Source: Felis catus (lineage: Eukaryota). From it: DNA of 64,000 nt. Where the stretch lies: the NCBI RefSeq assembly GCF_018350175.1, contig NC_058368.1:179802001-179866000 (forward strand), given 5' to 3'. The position numbers and the translations under genes were made by a program. This document shows positions 38,015 through 50,644 of this stretch, piece by piece. How positions within the stretch are numbered: the stretch's first letter is position 1; every line of letters begins with the position of its first letter. The notes under the pieces are model-generated. The model was not told the DNA's origin. It saw only the letters and a program-made list of their open reading frames with translations, and did no database searches.

Positions 38015-38258
38015 GCCTGAGTGGCTCAGTCGGTTGAACATCTGACTCTTGATTTCAGCTCAAGTCGTGACCACAGGTCATGAGATCAAGCCCTGCGTCA
38101 GGCTCTGTGCTACGTGTGGAGTCTGCTTAAGATTCTCTTTCCCTCTGCCCCTTTCCGCCACTCACTCTCTCTCACACTTGATCTTAGCCAAAAGGCTGAG
38201 AAGCGATCACTCTCTCTCAAATTAAAAATAATAATATTTCAAGTATTATTTTTAAAAA
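38015..38258 (+). mobile_element. Old Can-SINE (SINEC_b-like), slightly 5'-clipped, hosting the U2 fragment
   Basis: gcctgagtggctcagtcggttgaacatctgactcttgatttcagctc...atgagatcaagccctgcgtcaggctctgtgct...gagtctgcttaagattctc. TSD aagaaatttcatctggtag (37997-38015) / aagaaatcttgtctggtag (38259-38277). Confidence 0.93.
38175..38207 (-). pseudogene. RNU2: U2 snRNA 3'-truncated (tailless) retropseudogene, U2 nt 1-33
   Basis: Reverse complement ATCGCTTCTCAGCCTTTTGGCTAAGATCAAGTG versus U2 5' end ATCGCTTCTCGGCCTTTTGGCTAAGATCAAGTG (32/33; the mismatch is at a CpG). Flanked by perfect 12-bp direct repeats cactctctctca (38163-38174, 38208-38219). No poly(A). Confidence 0.95.
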
Positions 38259-38389
38259 AAGAAATCTTGTCTGGTAGGGAAGGCACTTAAGGGGCAAGCC
38301 ACTATAATTCTATGAAATGACTTGAAAATTTTAGCTAACTCCTTTGCAGCTTCTTATAACATTCCTTCTGTTGTTTCTCTCATATGTGA

Positions 38390-38560
38390 TGTTTCTAGGT
38401 CATGTCTCAAAGTGTATCATTAGAATAATCTGGGTACTTGAAAGTACAGAATTGATCCTATAAGAGACATCATGATTCAGAATGGGGGTCGGTGGGAGAA
38501 CAGGAATCTGCCTGTTTAATAAGCACCCTGGGTTGCTAAGTCCGCTGAGGTTTGCAATAT
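38390..38560. mobile_element. MER5-like hAT-Charlie MITE
   Basis: tctcaaagtgtatcattagaataatctgggtacttg...tgattcagaatgggg...caggaatctgcctgtttaataagcaccctggg. Confidence 0.65.
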
Positions 38561-39499
38561 TCTTCTATTATGTGTAAATTTCCCCTGTAACTCACATTTC
38601 ATCTATGCTTAACTGAAAATCAGCCTCATATTCCAGTTACTTCCCTCTAAATTCCGGAACAGTCCATTAAGGAGTAGAGCACATTGTAAATGGGGCCCTT
38701 CCTCTTGGAACAGTAGGGCAAGCAAGGGGTTTGAGAGTTACCCTGACATTTTCCTAACGAGAGGTCATTAGACCCCATATAGTCTAACCTTGGTATTCCA
38801 CAGGGACTAGAAAAAGAGCGTTCTTCTGTTGTTGGCCTTATATAGACAGCGTGGCTGCCCTAGCTTGATGATCAGAAGCCAGAACAGTTAAAAGACGAAG
38901 CCAGCTGAGAGAGAGAGAGTATTGACAGGAAGCATGCCAGGTGACTTAATTGAATTTGGGCAATTCAGATGGGGTAGCTGGTTCTCATTTAGGAAATTCA
39001 GATTGAATAACCAGTTCCCCTGTTAAATAGGGGGATGCAATTTGAGGAGTTCTGCATGAGACACAGACAACCCCAGCCGGTCCCTACACTGAGTTCTTGC
39101 TCCTGCTCATGTTCGCTGGCTTTTTAAATTCACTTGGTTTTTGTTTTCCTCCTTCCCTGGGAGTTTTCTAAGTTCTATCATTATGGTTCTTAATTTTATG
39201 GTAGTCAGTTTCACAGTCTGGTTTGTCACAAGTGTATTTTACAATGTCTGCCCTCCTGTCACCCATTCTTTTTCCTATCAGACTCTCCATTTCTCTTTCC
39301 CTCTTTTCCTTCTCCTTTCTTCCTTGGCCTCCTTTGAACATGGTAATGATATCCTCATGGAGTTTCCATCCAAGACTCAAATTTGAGGGGTCTGGTTCTT
39401 TTGACAAAGGAAAAATTTTCTGTGATTTGTCTGTCTATATCACGTACCTCAAAAAACCTTTTAGAAATAGCTCATACCCTCTTAAATAAGTAAAAAATA

Positions 39500-39715
39500 A
39501 TGCCAGCTAATATTTACTGTGTGCCAGGCACTGTTGTAAGTACTTCATAATTTAATTTTCACAGTAAGTCTAGGAGTCAGTTCCCCCCATTTTGCAGATG
39601 AGGAAGCTTGAGGCACAGAGAGGTGAGGTGATTTCCCTCAGGGCCCACAGCTGAAAGGTGGTAGAACAGGGAACAGACCTCAGACCTTGCCCCTTCTCCA
39701 CCACCCTGTGCCACC
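39500..39715 (-). mobile_element. MIR SINE
   Basis: tttactgtgtgccaggcactgttgtaagtacttc...ccccattttgcagatgaggaagcttgaggcacagagaggtgaggtgatttccctcagggcccacagct. Confidence 0.9.
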
Positions 39716-40722
39716 TCCCAAAAAGAATTTTAGCTTCAGAGAAAGGAAGCAACATCAAAGCCCCACTTCGGATTTATAATATTCTGATGAAGAAGATATT
39801 TGCTTCCATCCTGGGGAAGGGATTGCAGGGCTTAGGTGGAGAAAATCACAGCACTAACCTACTATTGATTTATGTGAAAAGATAAATTGGCACCAGACAG
39901 GGAAATCCCTGGCTTTAGATAGTCTTGGAGAGTTTACCTGGGGGATGAGACTTGTAAGATCCCTACATAGTGAGGAGCACTTTATTGTACAGAGAGTGAT
40001 GTTTTGATCACGGAGTTTTCTGGAGCCAGTAGCTATCAGGAAGTCTGACTTAGCCTTTTGACGTACAAATCCATCTCGAGTACAAGTGGAAATGTCACTT
40101 GAGACAGGGGCCTCAGTTCACCCAGGCCTTCAGGACAGCAGTGTGACTGCTTCTCACCTTCCAGTTTCGATCGTTCAATAGCTTACATGGCATGGCTGAA
40201 AATGCATGATTATTCTTTCACAAAGGAAACAAAGCTAGTAGGTTAAACCTGTGGGCAGTATCTTAACCTCCCCCATTTTCTATATACATTTTCTTGTAGC
40301 CGAGGTTGTTTTAAAGAAAACTTCAATGTTGCTGAGCACAGCTGCATAGACCAGAAAGTTTGAGTGAAATTTCAAGAAAGCAGGGTGCAGTGAGGATAAT
40401 GACGATGTATGAAATAAGGAGATTAACAGTGGGAGTCCCTCGGAACAAAATAAGGATGTTATGCTCCAGAATTGTCTTATTCCATTAGCCTGCTCATCAG
40501 CTTAGTCCAAAAAGAGTCTTATAAGGCCCTGATGATCCTTCCATCCACCACCCAGCTGGGGATCTACTCAAAGATAAAGCTGTACCCCAAATGCCGGCTC
40601 TGTTCAATTCTTAATTATCTCCATTAAAAAAATCTGAGAAGACAAAGCTCATACCTACTTGGTTACTTCTGAAACTATCTGTGGAGGTGGATTTTTTCCT
40701 TTAATAAAAAAAAATCATTCTC

Positions 40723-40934
40723 GGGGCGCCCGGATGGCTCGGTCAGTTAAGCGTCCAACTTCGGCTCAGGTCATGATCTCACAGTTTGTGGGTTCAAGCC
40801 CTGCATCAGGCTCTGTGCTGACAGCTCAGACCCTGGAACCTGCTTTAGATTCTGTGTCTCCCTCTCTCTCTGCCCCTTCCCTGCTCATGCTCTGTCTCTC
40901 TCCCCCCCCCAAAAATAAACATTAAACAATTTTT
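40723..40934 (+). mobile_element. Can-SINE
   Basis: ggggcgcccggatggctcggtcagttaagcgtccaacttcggctcaggtcatgatctc. TSD aaaaaaaatcattctc / aaaaaaaatattctc. Confidence 0.96.
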
Positions 40935-41029
40935 AAAAAAAAATATTCTCCAAACCACAGACTAATGTATTTGTAAAATATAATTAAAATGACCTACTAG
41001 AAAAATGACATTAAAAAGACATACAAAAT

Positions 41030-41200
41030 GGGGGCACCTGGGTGGCTCAGTTGGTTGAGTTTCCAACTTCAGCTCAGATAGGGATCTTATGGTTTGTGGG
41101 TTTAAGCTCCATGTCAGGCTCACTGCTATCAGCACAGAGCCCACTTCAGATCCTCTGCCCTCCTCTCTCTCTGCCCCTCCCCCTGCCTCAAAAACTAAAA
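41030..41200 (+). mobile_element. Can-SINE
   Basis: gggggcacctgggtggctcagttggttgag head. Perfect 18-bp TSD taaaaagacatacaaaat (41012-41029, 41201-41218). Confidence 0.96.
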
Positions 41201-41649
41201 TAAAAAGACATACAAAATAGAGGCCCAAATATTTGATTTTTAGATAAAACAGGCATAGAATGACACTTCAAAAAATATAATCAGAAAAACACTGCATATT
41301 GGTCATGGAAAAGGTGTGTGGAGGTGATGATTAAGATCACTAGGATGTGGCAATGTCAAATGGTTATAAAATTTTCTAAATTACTTACTTTCAGCTTCTG
41401 TATTTATGTCTTCAGGGGCCAGTAGTCAACAATTTGTGGACTGGCAGCGATCCCTTGAGAGTAGGACCCCACTCTCAGCTCTAACCTTCCGTGCCCCTAA
41501 ATAACCAGGGTCTCAGAAGCTTCTTGGGAAACCAGATTCTTTTGATAGAGTAATCCAGGGCTCTAGGAATAATGCTTCTGACATTGATTCAAACCATTTA
41601 TCAGAGGAATATGAGAGCAGATGATGTATCTTTAGAATTCTGGCATAGA

Positions 41650-41862
41650 GGGGCGCCTGGGTGGCGCAGTCGGTTAAGCGTCTGACTTCAGCCAGGTCAC
41701 GATCTCGCGGTCTGTGAGTTCGAGCCCCGCGTCGGGCTCTGGGCTGATGGCTCAGAGCCTGGAGCCTGTTTCCGATTCTGTGTCTCCCTCTCTCTCTGCC
41801 CTTCCCCCGTTCATGCTCTGTCTCTCTCTGTCCCAAAAATAAATAAACGTTGAAAAAAAAAA
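41650..41862 (+). mobile_element. Young feline SINE (SINEC_Fc type)
   Basis: CpG-rich head ggggcgcctgggtggcgcagtcggttaagcg. Perfect TSD agaattctggcataga (41634-41649, 41863-41878). Confidence 0.98.
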
Positions 41863-42599
41863 AGAATTCTGGCATAGAGCTCTTGATCAGAGAAGAAATG
41901 AAAACTTATGGCTATTCTCGTAATGGGTGGGTGGGGTAGGGGCAGCAGTGCCCTAGGGCATTAGGTAACCTTTCAATTCCATCAGCAATAATTAAAATCA
42001 GCGAGTGTTGGCTGGGCACATTGCCAGCTGATTAGGCCTGCTCTTGGCTCTGCTGGCCCTATCACCTAAGGCTTTATTTGTTTTATTTTTATGGGCATGG
42101 GGAGGGTCTACGTATGGAACACCCACCACATGCATTGGCACAACTGTTTATGAGGAGGGAATAATCCCCGTACCTCTTTCCCTGATGCTTCCCAGCCTTA
42201 CCAGGCTTTTGTCTTCTCCTCTGTCTATTCAGATCTGACTCCAACCTCCCTCAGATCTCCCCATTACCAAAATGTGACTTGTACTGTCAAATCCCTGTTA
42301 GCCTGCACCCCACAGGGTGCCAAGTACACACCGATAAATAAACCAATGTGTGATTCAAAGTACATGTATGTTGATAAACAAAAGCAACTTGCTAATGTGT
42401 GGTATCATCATCACACACATAATGACAAAACCATATTATTGAGACAGCTTCTAAAACTAATGCCTACACCTGAGTGTTGAAATTGTTTTTAATCCTTTTT
42501 TTTCTTATTAAGAAAAATAATATGTTTTGAGGGAAAAAATACTGGTTAGCAAAAAGAAGAAATCCTTCTAAGGATTTCAGTACTTGTACAGAACTCATT

Positions 42600-42604
<5 letters not shown>

Positions 42605-42642
<38 letters not shown>
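42605..42642. repeat. (AG)19 microsatellite
   Basis: Read directly. Confidence 0.95.
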
Positions 42643-42645
<3 letters not shown>

Positions 42646-42649
42646 AACT

Positions 42650-42985
42650 CATTATTTTCCATGGAGTCATGATACCCTATTGCAAGGCTATACCAGAATG
42701 GATGTATCCTTTAGTTTGTGGATGGACATTTGGTTACACATTCATTTTTTTTTTCACTTGGCATTACATTGTAAAAACTCTTCATGTCATTAGAAGACTA
42801 TCTATCTTAGTCATTTAATGACTACATAGTATTCTATGGATATCATATTTTATTTAGCCAATGCCATATTTTTCTCCCAAATTTCTGCTATCAATGGTGA
42901 ACATACATCTTTGTCTGCCTTCACAATTATTTCCATAGATGAAGTCTGTAGCTTTGTAGGCAGTGGATCAAAGGGCATGGGACCT
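42650..42985 (-). mobile_element. Ancient L1M (L1ME-like) 3' remnant
   Basis: actacatagtattctatggatatcatattttatttagccaat...ggtgaacatacatctttgt...attatttccatagatgaagtct...tggatcaaagggcatg. Confidence 0.6.
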
Positions 42986-43024
42986 TCCCGAAGTCCTGCC
43001 ATATTACTCACATCAATATGGAAA

Positions 43025-43230
43025 GACAAGACCTTAGACTGTGGAGACGGCTTTGGTCCTAATTCTCACTCTGCCACTTACCAAGCTGGGTGACCTTTGC
43101 TAAGGACTAACATTGTCTGAACTTCAGTATAACGTAGGGATGGAAGTATAAACATTGACTTCAGAGGACTGTTTTGAGGTTCAGACAAACTCATGCATTT
43201 TAAGCCCTGAGCACAGTTCCCCACCTAGAA
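43025..43230 (+). mobile_element. MIR SINE
   Basis: cctaattctcactctgccacttaccaagctgggtgacctttg...tctgaacttcagt...cttcagaggactgttttgagg. Confidence 0.8.
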
Positions 43231-45814
43231 AGCGGCCTTCCCCTTGGTCAGATGGTGTACGAGTGAGGACTCTGCCATCTCCATCAGTTTTTACACAAGG
43301 CTCAAATTCAGGCATCGCTCCTTAGTGCATTCTAGGCGGAGAGAAGGCTGTGTGGGTTGGAATTTGGAAGGCATGCAGAGCTGGTCTAGCCCTTCTAGAA
43401 TGTGAATAAAACCTCATGTGAACAAACTTTTACTAGATAAAAAGTGTTTGGGGTTTGAGTCTTCTGAGGATGGCGCCCCATTCTCTACAAGCATGGGGCC
43501 TCCAAGTTGTGTGGTTTTGCTCACTTGATGAGCAAGGCGGTGATGTCAGGTTCTGAAATCCCAGGAGCTGAGAGGAGGCCGTTTTTGCCCAGGTCCTGCT
43601 CACCCAGGGTTCTTTGTGCAGCTTGCTGAGGGCTCAGGAGAGAGAGAGAGAGAAATGACACCCACTGATGCCCAGCAGAAATACATGCACTTCACTTTGA
43701 TGTGCTTTGGTTGAAACCGACAAAGGGTAAAATGGAGAAAGCCCCCCGGGAAGGTGAGTGGTATGCAGTTTGCTTTGTTTGGGACTTGAGTCCCCACGTC
43801 TGCCCTTGCTTTTACAGCAGGCACATTTGTATGTTTGGATTTTCAAGAAGGGATAAATCACACAAACAGAGCACCTTGAGAATCCTTCAGGGAGTCCAAG
43901 TCTGCTCCAGCCCCTCCTGTTAAAAACACATGCCCCATTCTCCAGGCTGTGGAGAGTGTTGCACACACCGCCCTTGTCTGAAGAGCTTTTTTCTGGAAAA
44001 CTCATTCTTGGAGAGAACTTTCTTTGTGCAGCAGTTCAGCATTTTAGACTAAACAGATGATGAGAAAATAGCGAAGCAGAGAGAGGGGGGGCGGGGAAAG
44101 AGTTCCTTGTGGTAAATAGAAAAAGGAAGGAGTTACCTTCAGTCTGATGTTCCCTACTTCTCTGATTCATGTACTCCACGTTGACAAGTGGCACCCAAGC
44201 CAAGAAAGATATTGAGAAACAGACCCTCTATTTCACTGTGTCCTGCTTTCTCTTTGTTTTCTCATTGCTTGGATGGTGCTGTGAGCCCGTCTGGCCTCCA
44301 AGTGCACATCTTGTCCTCTCTGGGCCCCAAAACAGGCCTGTGGTATTTGGCCTGCAATGCAGCATTCATTTAAAATCAAAGCTTTGAAGGTCGGTCTGGT
44401 TTGAGAACAATCTGGGAGCATGGGATTCCTTGGCATGTGGGCCTCTTGGGGCTAAGTGGAAAAAGCAGAGTCTCCTCAGGAGGAGCCCCAAGTGATGTTC
44501 AAGAAGTCTCAAGGATGATGGGTCTGGCTCTGAAACCAAAGCCAGGACAGTTTCCCCTGTCCTACATCCCTGTCCTCCCTCCATTTGGGCTGGTCTGTGG
44601 CACTCACATCCTGTTTTTATTATGAGGTGTATTTTGCTTCCAGCCCCCTCCACTCCAGCCCCCACAGCCCCCCACCCTATGAGATGAACACTGGTTCCAT
44701 TAGCGTGCTGACGGAGTCGGGGCACATGACAGCACGCCCAAGGTTGACCTTCCAACTAAGGAGGGAGGGAACTTTGGACTGGCAATTTCGGGAGACAGTT
44801 AAAAGATTAGATAGTAAATTTACTTAACAGAGACTAATCGCCTGGGACTGGGTTTCATATCCTGTTTTGAAATAATGTATTTTCTTTTGTGCTCTGGTCT
44901 GAATCTGTCATCCCTCCTCTAATAATGAGAGGCAGTGGATTTTTAATCTTTGACCCTCTTCCACATAATCTAATCACAGTGGTTTTCGGCTCCTCTTCTC
45001 CTTATTTGGTGAAGTACAGGAAAGAGAAAGAACTCATTTCTCTGGCATCACTGGCCATTCTCTACTTCTTGTAAGGAACTGGGATGACTGGGAGGATCAG
45101 ACTCTACCTGTGAGATGTTCAGCTCTGTGTCCTTCAAATGGGGGAAGGTGGGGAGAAGAGAAGAAGAAAGGAAAGGAAAGCCGAAGGCTCTTCTGTCTGA
45201 ATCAATGAGCGATGGGGGCAAATAGAAAGAAGGTCCAGTAAAACAGTCCTGACATCTGTTTCATACCAAGACTGCCTCTTGAGCTGTGAGTCACAAGACG
45301 GGAGTGGCCTTAGGTGAGGCAGGCATCCTTCCACAAAGTCTCTGAGTTTTAGTAGAATTAAAAATGAGACCCAGGTAATCCTCCAATTGTCTACACATGG
45401 AAATTTGACACATGTAGCATGCTCTTTGTCCCTTTCAAGCTGGATGGTCTTTGGGTGCCTCTCCTTTTCTCCTGGGGTTTTGCTCATAGGTGGAGGCTTG
45501 ACCCCCGGCAACCCATGCTGAGGTCTTCCCTTCAGGTGGGGTTGCCAGATGGGGTGTTTCTCCAGGCTCTCTGACTTGGGAGTCGCTCCAACAGGAATCC
45601 TGGAGGCTGGGAGGTTGGGTTTAGTTGGAACAAGAACTGGAAGAAAAAGAACAGAAGGATTCTTTCACTTTCCTTCCTGCCCTGCTCTCCCCATCTGTGT
45701 GGCTGTTGCTTGACTGGGGTTAGAGACGTGGACAAGATCTCTGTCACTTCCCTCTCCACCTTTCCCATCTCTCAGGGCTCAGTGACTTCCAGATAAAGTC
45801 AAGTCCCTTAACAG

Positions 45815-46270
45815 CTCAGGCAGAGTTCTCTGGTTGAAAGTAACAAAACACAACCAAATCCAAATGAAAAAGTATTTTTGAAACCATATGGGGGTGGGGC
45901 ATCTCAAATCAAAGAGAAGGTTTTAAACAGAGCTTGCGAAGACAGGCACTGATCATCGTCAGAGGATCTTAAGAGCAGTGATCACTTGACAGTTATACCC
46001 AGGCATCACTGTTAATGAATACATGCCAACTACATTCAGATTTTTTGGTTCCTTTGCCTGTAATTCAAATGCCATTTGGTAGAGAGAGAATCTCATGGGC
46101 CCAGCTTGGATCATGCGTTTGGCCAGGGAAAGGTAGGGCATCTTGAGTAACAGCCCTACCAGATTGTATGTAGGAAAAGACAGTGCTTCAACAGGTAATT
46201 GGACAGTGTGCCTCTTCTTATCCAAAGAAGATGAAGGTGATGACGGGCAGCCAAAACCAACTAATTTCAG
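45815..46270 (-). mobile_element. MLT1-type LTR remnant
   Basis: agagttctctggttgaaagtaacaaaac...gagagagaatctcatgggcccagcttggatcatg...gggcagccaaaaccaac. Ends approximate. Confidence 0.6.
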
Positions 46271-47344
46271 CCATACTTCTGCCATTCCATGTCTCACTAG
46301 GATATGACCTCACTCAGTAGGTCTTGCCATGGAGCACACAGAGTAGAGCAGTGTAAACGCCTCACAAGAAACACTGGTGATGCTCTCTTCTCTTGCCCCA
46401 TTCCCTTCACTGTACTGCCATCATACACCCACACCCATCCTCCTGCTGGCATCACAAAGGGTAGAGAGAGACGCCCAGAACTTGACCTTCTGAGTTGAGG
46501 TTATTTTATTTCTTTTGCATCTCCAGGGTGCTAGTCTTCACTTGTCTTCATTAACTTTCCTCCTGGGCCCCTTTGTTCCCCATTCAGATCCCTGCCACCA
46601 CTCAAGATCCCCGTCCCAACCCCCTCCCTCAAATTCAGAGCTGAGATAAATAATTCATAGGCAAAATAAATATCCAGCCCCCCCCCCCAGCTTGGTGTAA
46701 TTACCTCCCTGGTGTGCCTTGGCTTTGCCTTATGGGAAATGTGAGAAGGGAAACGAGTCCTTTTAGCCCGTGAATGGTGCTTTATTATTTTGATGCATGA
46801 ATGCGGAAGGAATAAGAGACAAAATAAAGTTAATAATACATTGCAGTGTAGATAATTCATCACTTAAATCAATAGGAACTGCAGGGCACTGAACTGGAAC
46901 TGGTGTTACTGTGATCCAAACATGGAATTAATAATTGAAACTACACTGATCTGTCTTTCTGGAATGGGAAGACAGACAACCCCAGGGATAGATACGTACA
47001 GCACAGGAGGAGCAAGGCGATCGAGACAGACAGATGATTCATTTAATTCCTACAGCTGTCACATACAGTAAATATGAAAATCTGCTTTCTATCTGGAATC
47101 AGTCTCATTTGGGAGCGAGGTTAGCTGAATTATATCCTTAGCCGTGTGTTTATTTTTTCATTTATTGCAGGAATTTAAAATGATTGGTTAGCATGGAATG
47201 CCACATTCTCTGAGGTTGGACAAGCTCTCTAGCAATAACTAGGCAGTGGTGTGCACAGCATATGTGGCCCCAGTACCTCTTCTTCACTTACCTGGAAATT
47301 CCGGGACCTCGATTTCCCAGGATGCTCATTTCTGAAGCCATGTT

Positions 47345-47590
47345 GAGGACAGTGGAATCAGTTAGCAAAAGAGCATAACAGAAGAGTCAAAAAGATGAGT
47401 TCTGAGTGGAAGGCCTCAGTCCTGCCATCTTGGGCAGGTTATGTAATCTCCCTGAGTTTCAGCTCCCCTTCCTGCAAAAGGAGGTAAGGCGCACCTACCT
47501 CATAAGGCACGTGAGGAGTAAATGTGTATGAAGGAAGAGTACTTAGAGTCACAGCTGGAATGTGGTACCCACAATGTTTGACATCGTTCT
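47345..47590 (+). mobile_element. MIR SINE
   Basis: cttgggcaggttatgtaatctccctgagtttcagctcccc...cacctacctcataaggcacgtgaggagtaaatg. Confidence 0.75.
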
Positions 47591-48899
47591 TGGTCGTTGG
47601 CCGTCAAGTCTCTAGGCCAGGGTAGGGTGAAGTTTGTGGTTTATGGAGAAATATTTATTGTTGCTGGAAATTAAAAATCAACCCTAGCTGCTGTGGCTCT
47701 TAAAGAAGTAGTAGCACCAGTTGTAGAAGTTAATCTGTGCCCTGTTGCCTTCTGCCTGAGAGAGTGAGGATGAGTGGGACCCCGAGCAGGGGTGCACAGC
47801 TAGGTCTGGACACATTCCAAAAGTAGGACTTCTATCTGGAGTGGGGAATTTGGCAGAATTGAACTGTCCTGCCTGATAAAGTGGGAGAAAGTGGGGCAAA
47901 GGTCAGGTATCCAGAGGACGCTTTTGAGAGAGGAAAGCAAAGGAGAGAATCCAGGGAAGAATTCAGGAAGTAGAGCCTTGCAGAGAAAGGTAGCTAAAAG
48001 TTTTAAGAACAGAGATGCTTAAAATTAAACCTCCCTGCATCCCCTCAGTCTTCCCTTAGTGGGCATCCTATACCAGTGTTCTGTGTGTTTGTGTATGTTG
48101 GGTTGGGGGTGGGGAATGATGATAACAGATAGAGGAAAAGGGATTGGTTTTCCTGGCTGAAGTGACATGGTGCATGTCAGAACGACACATCTGAGATCAG
48201 CCAGATGATTCATAAACTGATGTAGTTTAGAAGTAGGACTTCAGAACGATAGCCGCCTAGGAAGAGCCCAGTTTTAGCTTCTATTCCAGGCCCTGGAGAA
48301 ACCAGATGAGCACATGTCTTCCTCAGCAAGTGAGATGAGTCTTGCACCCATTTCACTGGCTCCTCTGTAGGCTGACGAGGGTCTGGCAAGCGTCATCTGT
48401 CAGGTATGCAGAAGTCCTTTTTCCAGGAAGTCCCTTGCTATGTTTACCTGCATTTCTGGTGAAAGTAGAGTCTGCTTCTTCCTTGTGGTGACTTTTCTAC
48501 CTAAATGGAGCACATATCTGAGAAGGTCCGGGGATGTGTGGCCAGCCGTGGGAAAGAGAATGGCAGGAGGCCAGCCCCCTGAGGCCACGGAGGAAGTCCC
48601 AGCAAATGAGCAGGATTTCTAGAAGGGAACTCCCAGTCCTTTCCCCATCCTCAGAGGAGAGGCCAGAGTCGTGTTTACAGGTAGAAGACCAGGCCAAGTC
48701 TTAGTCTCTCAGGCCCAGAGCTCAGGGCAGAGAGTAGGTGGGTAAGGGGCCCCAAGTTTGCCCAAGGCTACCCCACTAACCGATACCAGAGTTGGAATTA
48801 AACCCCATCCAACTGGCCTTAGAGATACATCTTCTTGCACTACACTGCCTCGCTGTCAGGCTCTCCACCCCTGGGCCATGTCTGATACAAGAAGGCAGA

Positions 48900-49082
48900 G
48901 CATCACCTGGGTTGACCTCAGCTGGGAACCTGTATATGAGGCAGCTCAAATTTTTTAACTCTCTGTGCATGTCCACAAATGACTGCAAAAGCACTATGAG
49001 TATTGATTTGGGGGTTATAAATAAATTTTAGCAAGTAAGCGAATTTGCAAGGATGAAATCTGTGAATAATGAGGATCTGCTA
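48900..49082. mobile_element. MER46C-like TcMar-Tigger remnant
   Basis: gcatgtccacaaatgactgcaaaagcactatgagtattgatttgggggttataaataaattttagcaagtaagcgaatttgcaa...gtgaataatgaggatc. Confidence 0.8.
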
Positions 49083-49456
49083 TTTATGTAATGCCAGCCA
49101 TTTGCATTCTAGTCAAAGCTAGAGAAGTTGTTCATTCTACTATTCTGCTGTTCGTGTGCCCGATACAATTTATGTATCTGTTTACCTTGGTAAACTATTG
49201 GTCAAATTAGCTAGGGTAGGACTCCTTGAACAAGTCAAATCTTCTCACTCCTACTAATGAAAAACTAAAGTGAAAAATGTATGCATTATAAAAATAAAGT
49301 GTAATTTATGTAATAGTTCCCTCCTTCTCATTCCTACCCCTATTCTTCTCTGCCTCGCCATTCCCTGCTGCCTCCCCAACTCCCCCCTCCGAGAGAGGGT
49401 CCTGTCTTTACCAGTCTAGTTCCTGAATGTCTTGTGATGTAAAGTCTGGAAAAATT

Positions 49457-49679
49457 GGGGCGCCTGGGTGGCGCAGTCGGTTAAGCGTCCGACTTCAGCC
49501 AGGTCACGATCTCGCGGTCCGTGAGTTCGAGCCCCGCTTCAGGCTCTGGGCTGATGGCTCAGAGCCTGGAGCCTGTTTCCGATTCTGTGTCTCCCTCTCT
49601 CTCTGCCCCTCCCCCGTTCATGCTCTGTCTCTCTCTGTCCCAAAAAATAAATAAACGTTGAAAAAAAAATTTAAAAAAA
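49457..49679 (+). mobile_element. Young feline SINE (SINEC_Fc type)
   Basis: CpG-intact head and body. TSD aaagtctggaaaa (49441-49453, 49680-49692). Confidence 0.98.
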
Positions 49680-49995
49680 AAAGTCTGGAAAATGGACAAG
49701 AGTTGGTAAAATGGCAGGGTTGATTGAGCAATAGGGGTGTGTTAGCAAGTAGGAGTGTGCACAGCGTCCATGAGGTATGAGTATGACACATGGAGATCAG
49801 GAAGGTGTCTGAAAAGTCCTCTTCCAGATAAGTGTAATTTAAGAGGTTCAAATAAATACTAAAATCCCTTTTTAACCATCTGTGTTGCCTAACTTCTTTA
49901 CATATAACTCTATGTAGAAACTGGACCATCAGGGTTATGGGACAAACCTAAAATCTGTGTCTATTAATGGGTATGTTTATATAGTCTTTGCAGCA

Positions 49996-50180
49996 TTTTT
50001 TTCTTTTTTTCTTTTAGAGAAAGTATGCCTGCAAGCAGGGAAAAGGTAGAGAGAGAATCCTAAGCAGGCTCCATACTCAGCACGGAACCAGATTCAGGGC
50101 TCATTCTCATGACCCTGAGATCATGATCTGAGCCAAAATCAAGAGTCGGATGCTTAACCGACTGAGCCACCCAGAGGGCC
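49996..50180 (-). mobile_element. Can-SINE (older subfamily)
   Basis: agaatcctaagcaggctccat...ccctgagatcatgatctgagccaaaatcaagagtcggatgcttaaccgactgagccaccca. Confidence 0.93.
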
Positions 50181-50644
50181 TTGTGGTATTATTTTTCTGT
50201 ATTGAAGTCATTAGAGGACAAGGAGGTGGTTTTGGATGAAAAACTATGAAGGTGAATTTTACTTCTTTTCTGAAGAATGAACATAAAATTGGAAGGGGGT
50301 GACTAGTATCATCAGAAATATGAACCTTTGGAAGAAAAAATGTTCAGGCTCAATATAACTATATCTTTCATGTTTGGTTCTCTTAGGAAAATCAATCATG
50401 GAAAGTATCTAGGAGTTTCTCTTTCCTTTTATGTTATTCAGTTTCTGTAAGCCTCAGATTCCACATCTGTAAACTAGGGGTAATAATAGTACGTATCTCA
50501 GGCCAGTTGTATGTGGATTCAATGAGATAAAATCAACACACTTCCTGACACCAACTAACAACACAGTATGTTATTTGCTATAATAATGGTCATTACCATC
50601 CTACTGGTGGGAAAACTTATTTTTAAAAAAGTTTTAAAAAGTTA

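Noticed and set aside
39900..39909. NF-kB-type 10-mers GGGAAATCCC here and GGGATTCCCC at 62900-62909
   Set aside because: Several GGGRNWYYCC matches are expected by chance in 64 kb on two strands, and there is no supporting context.
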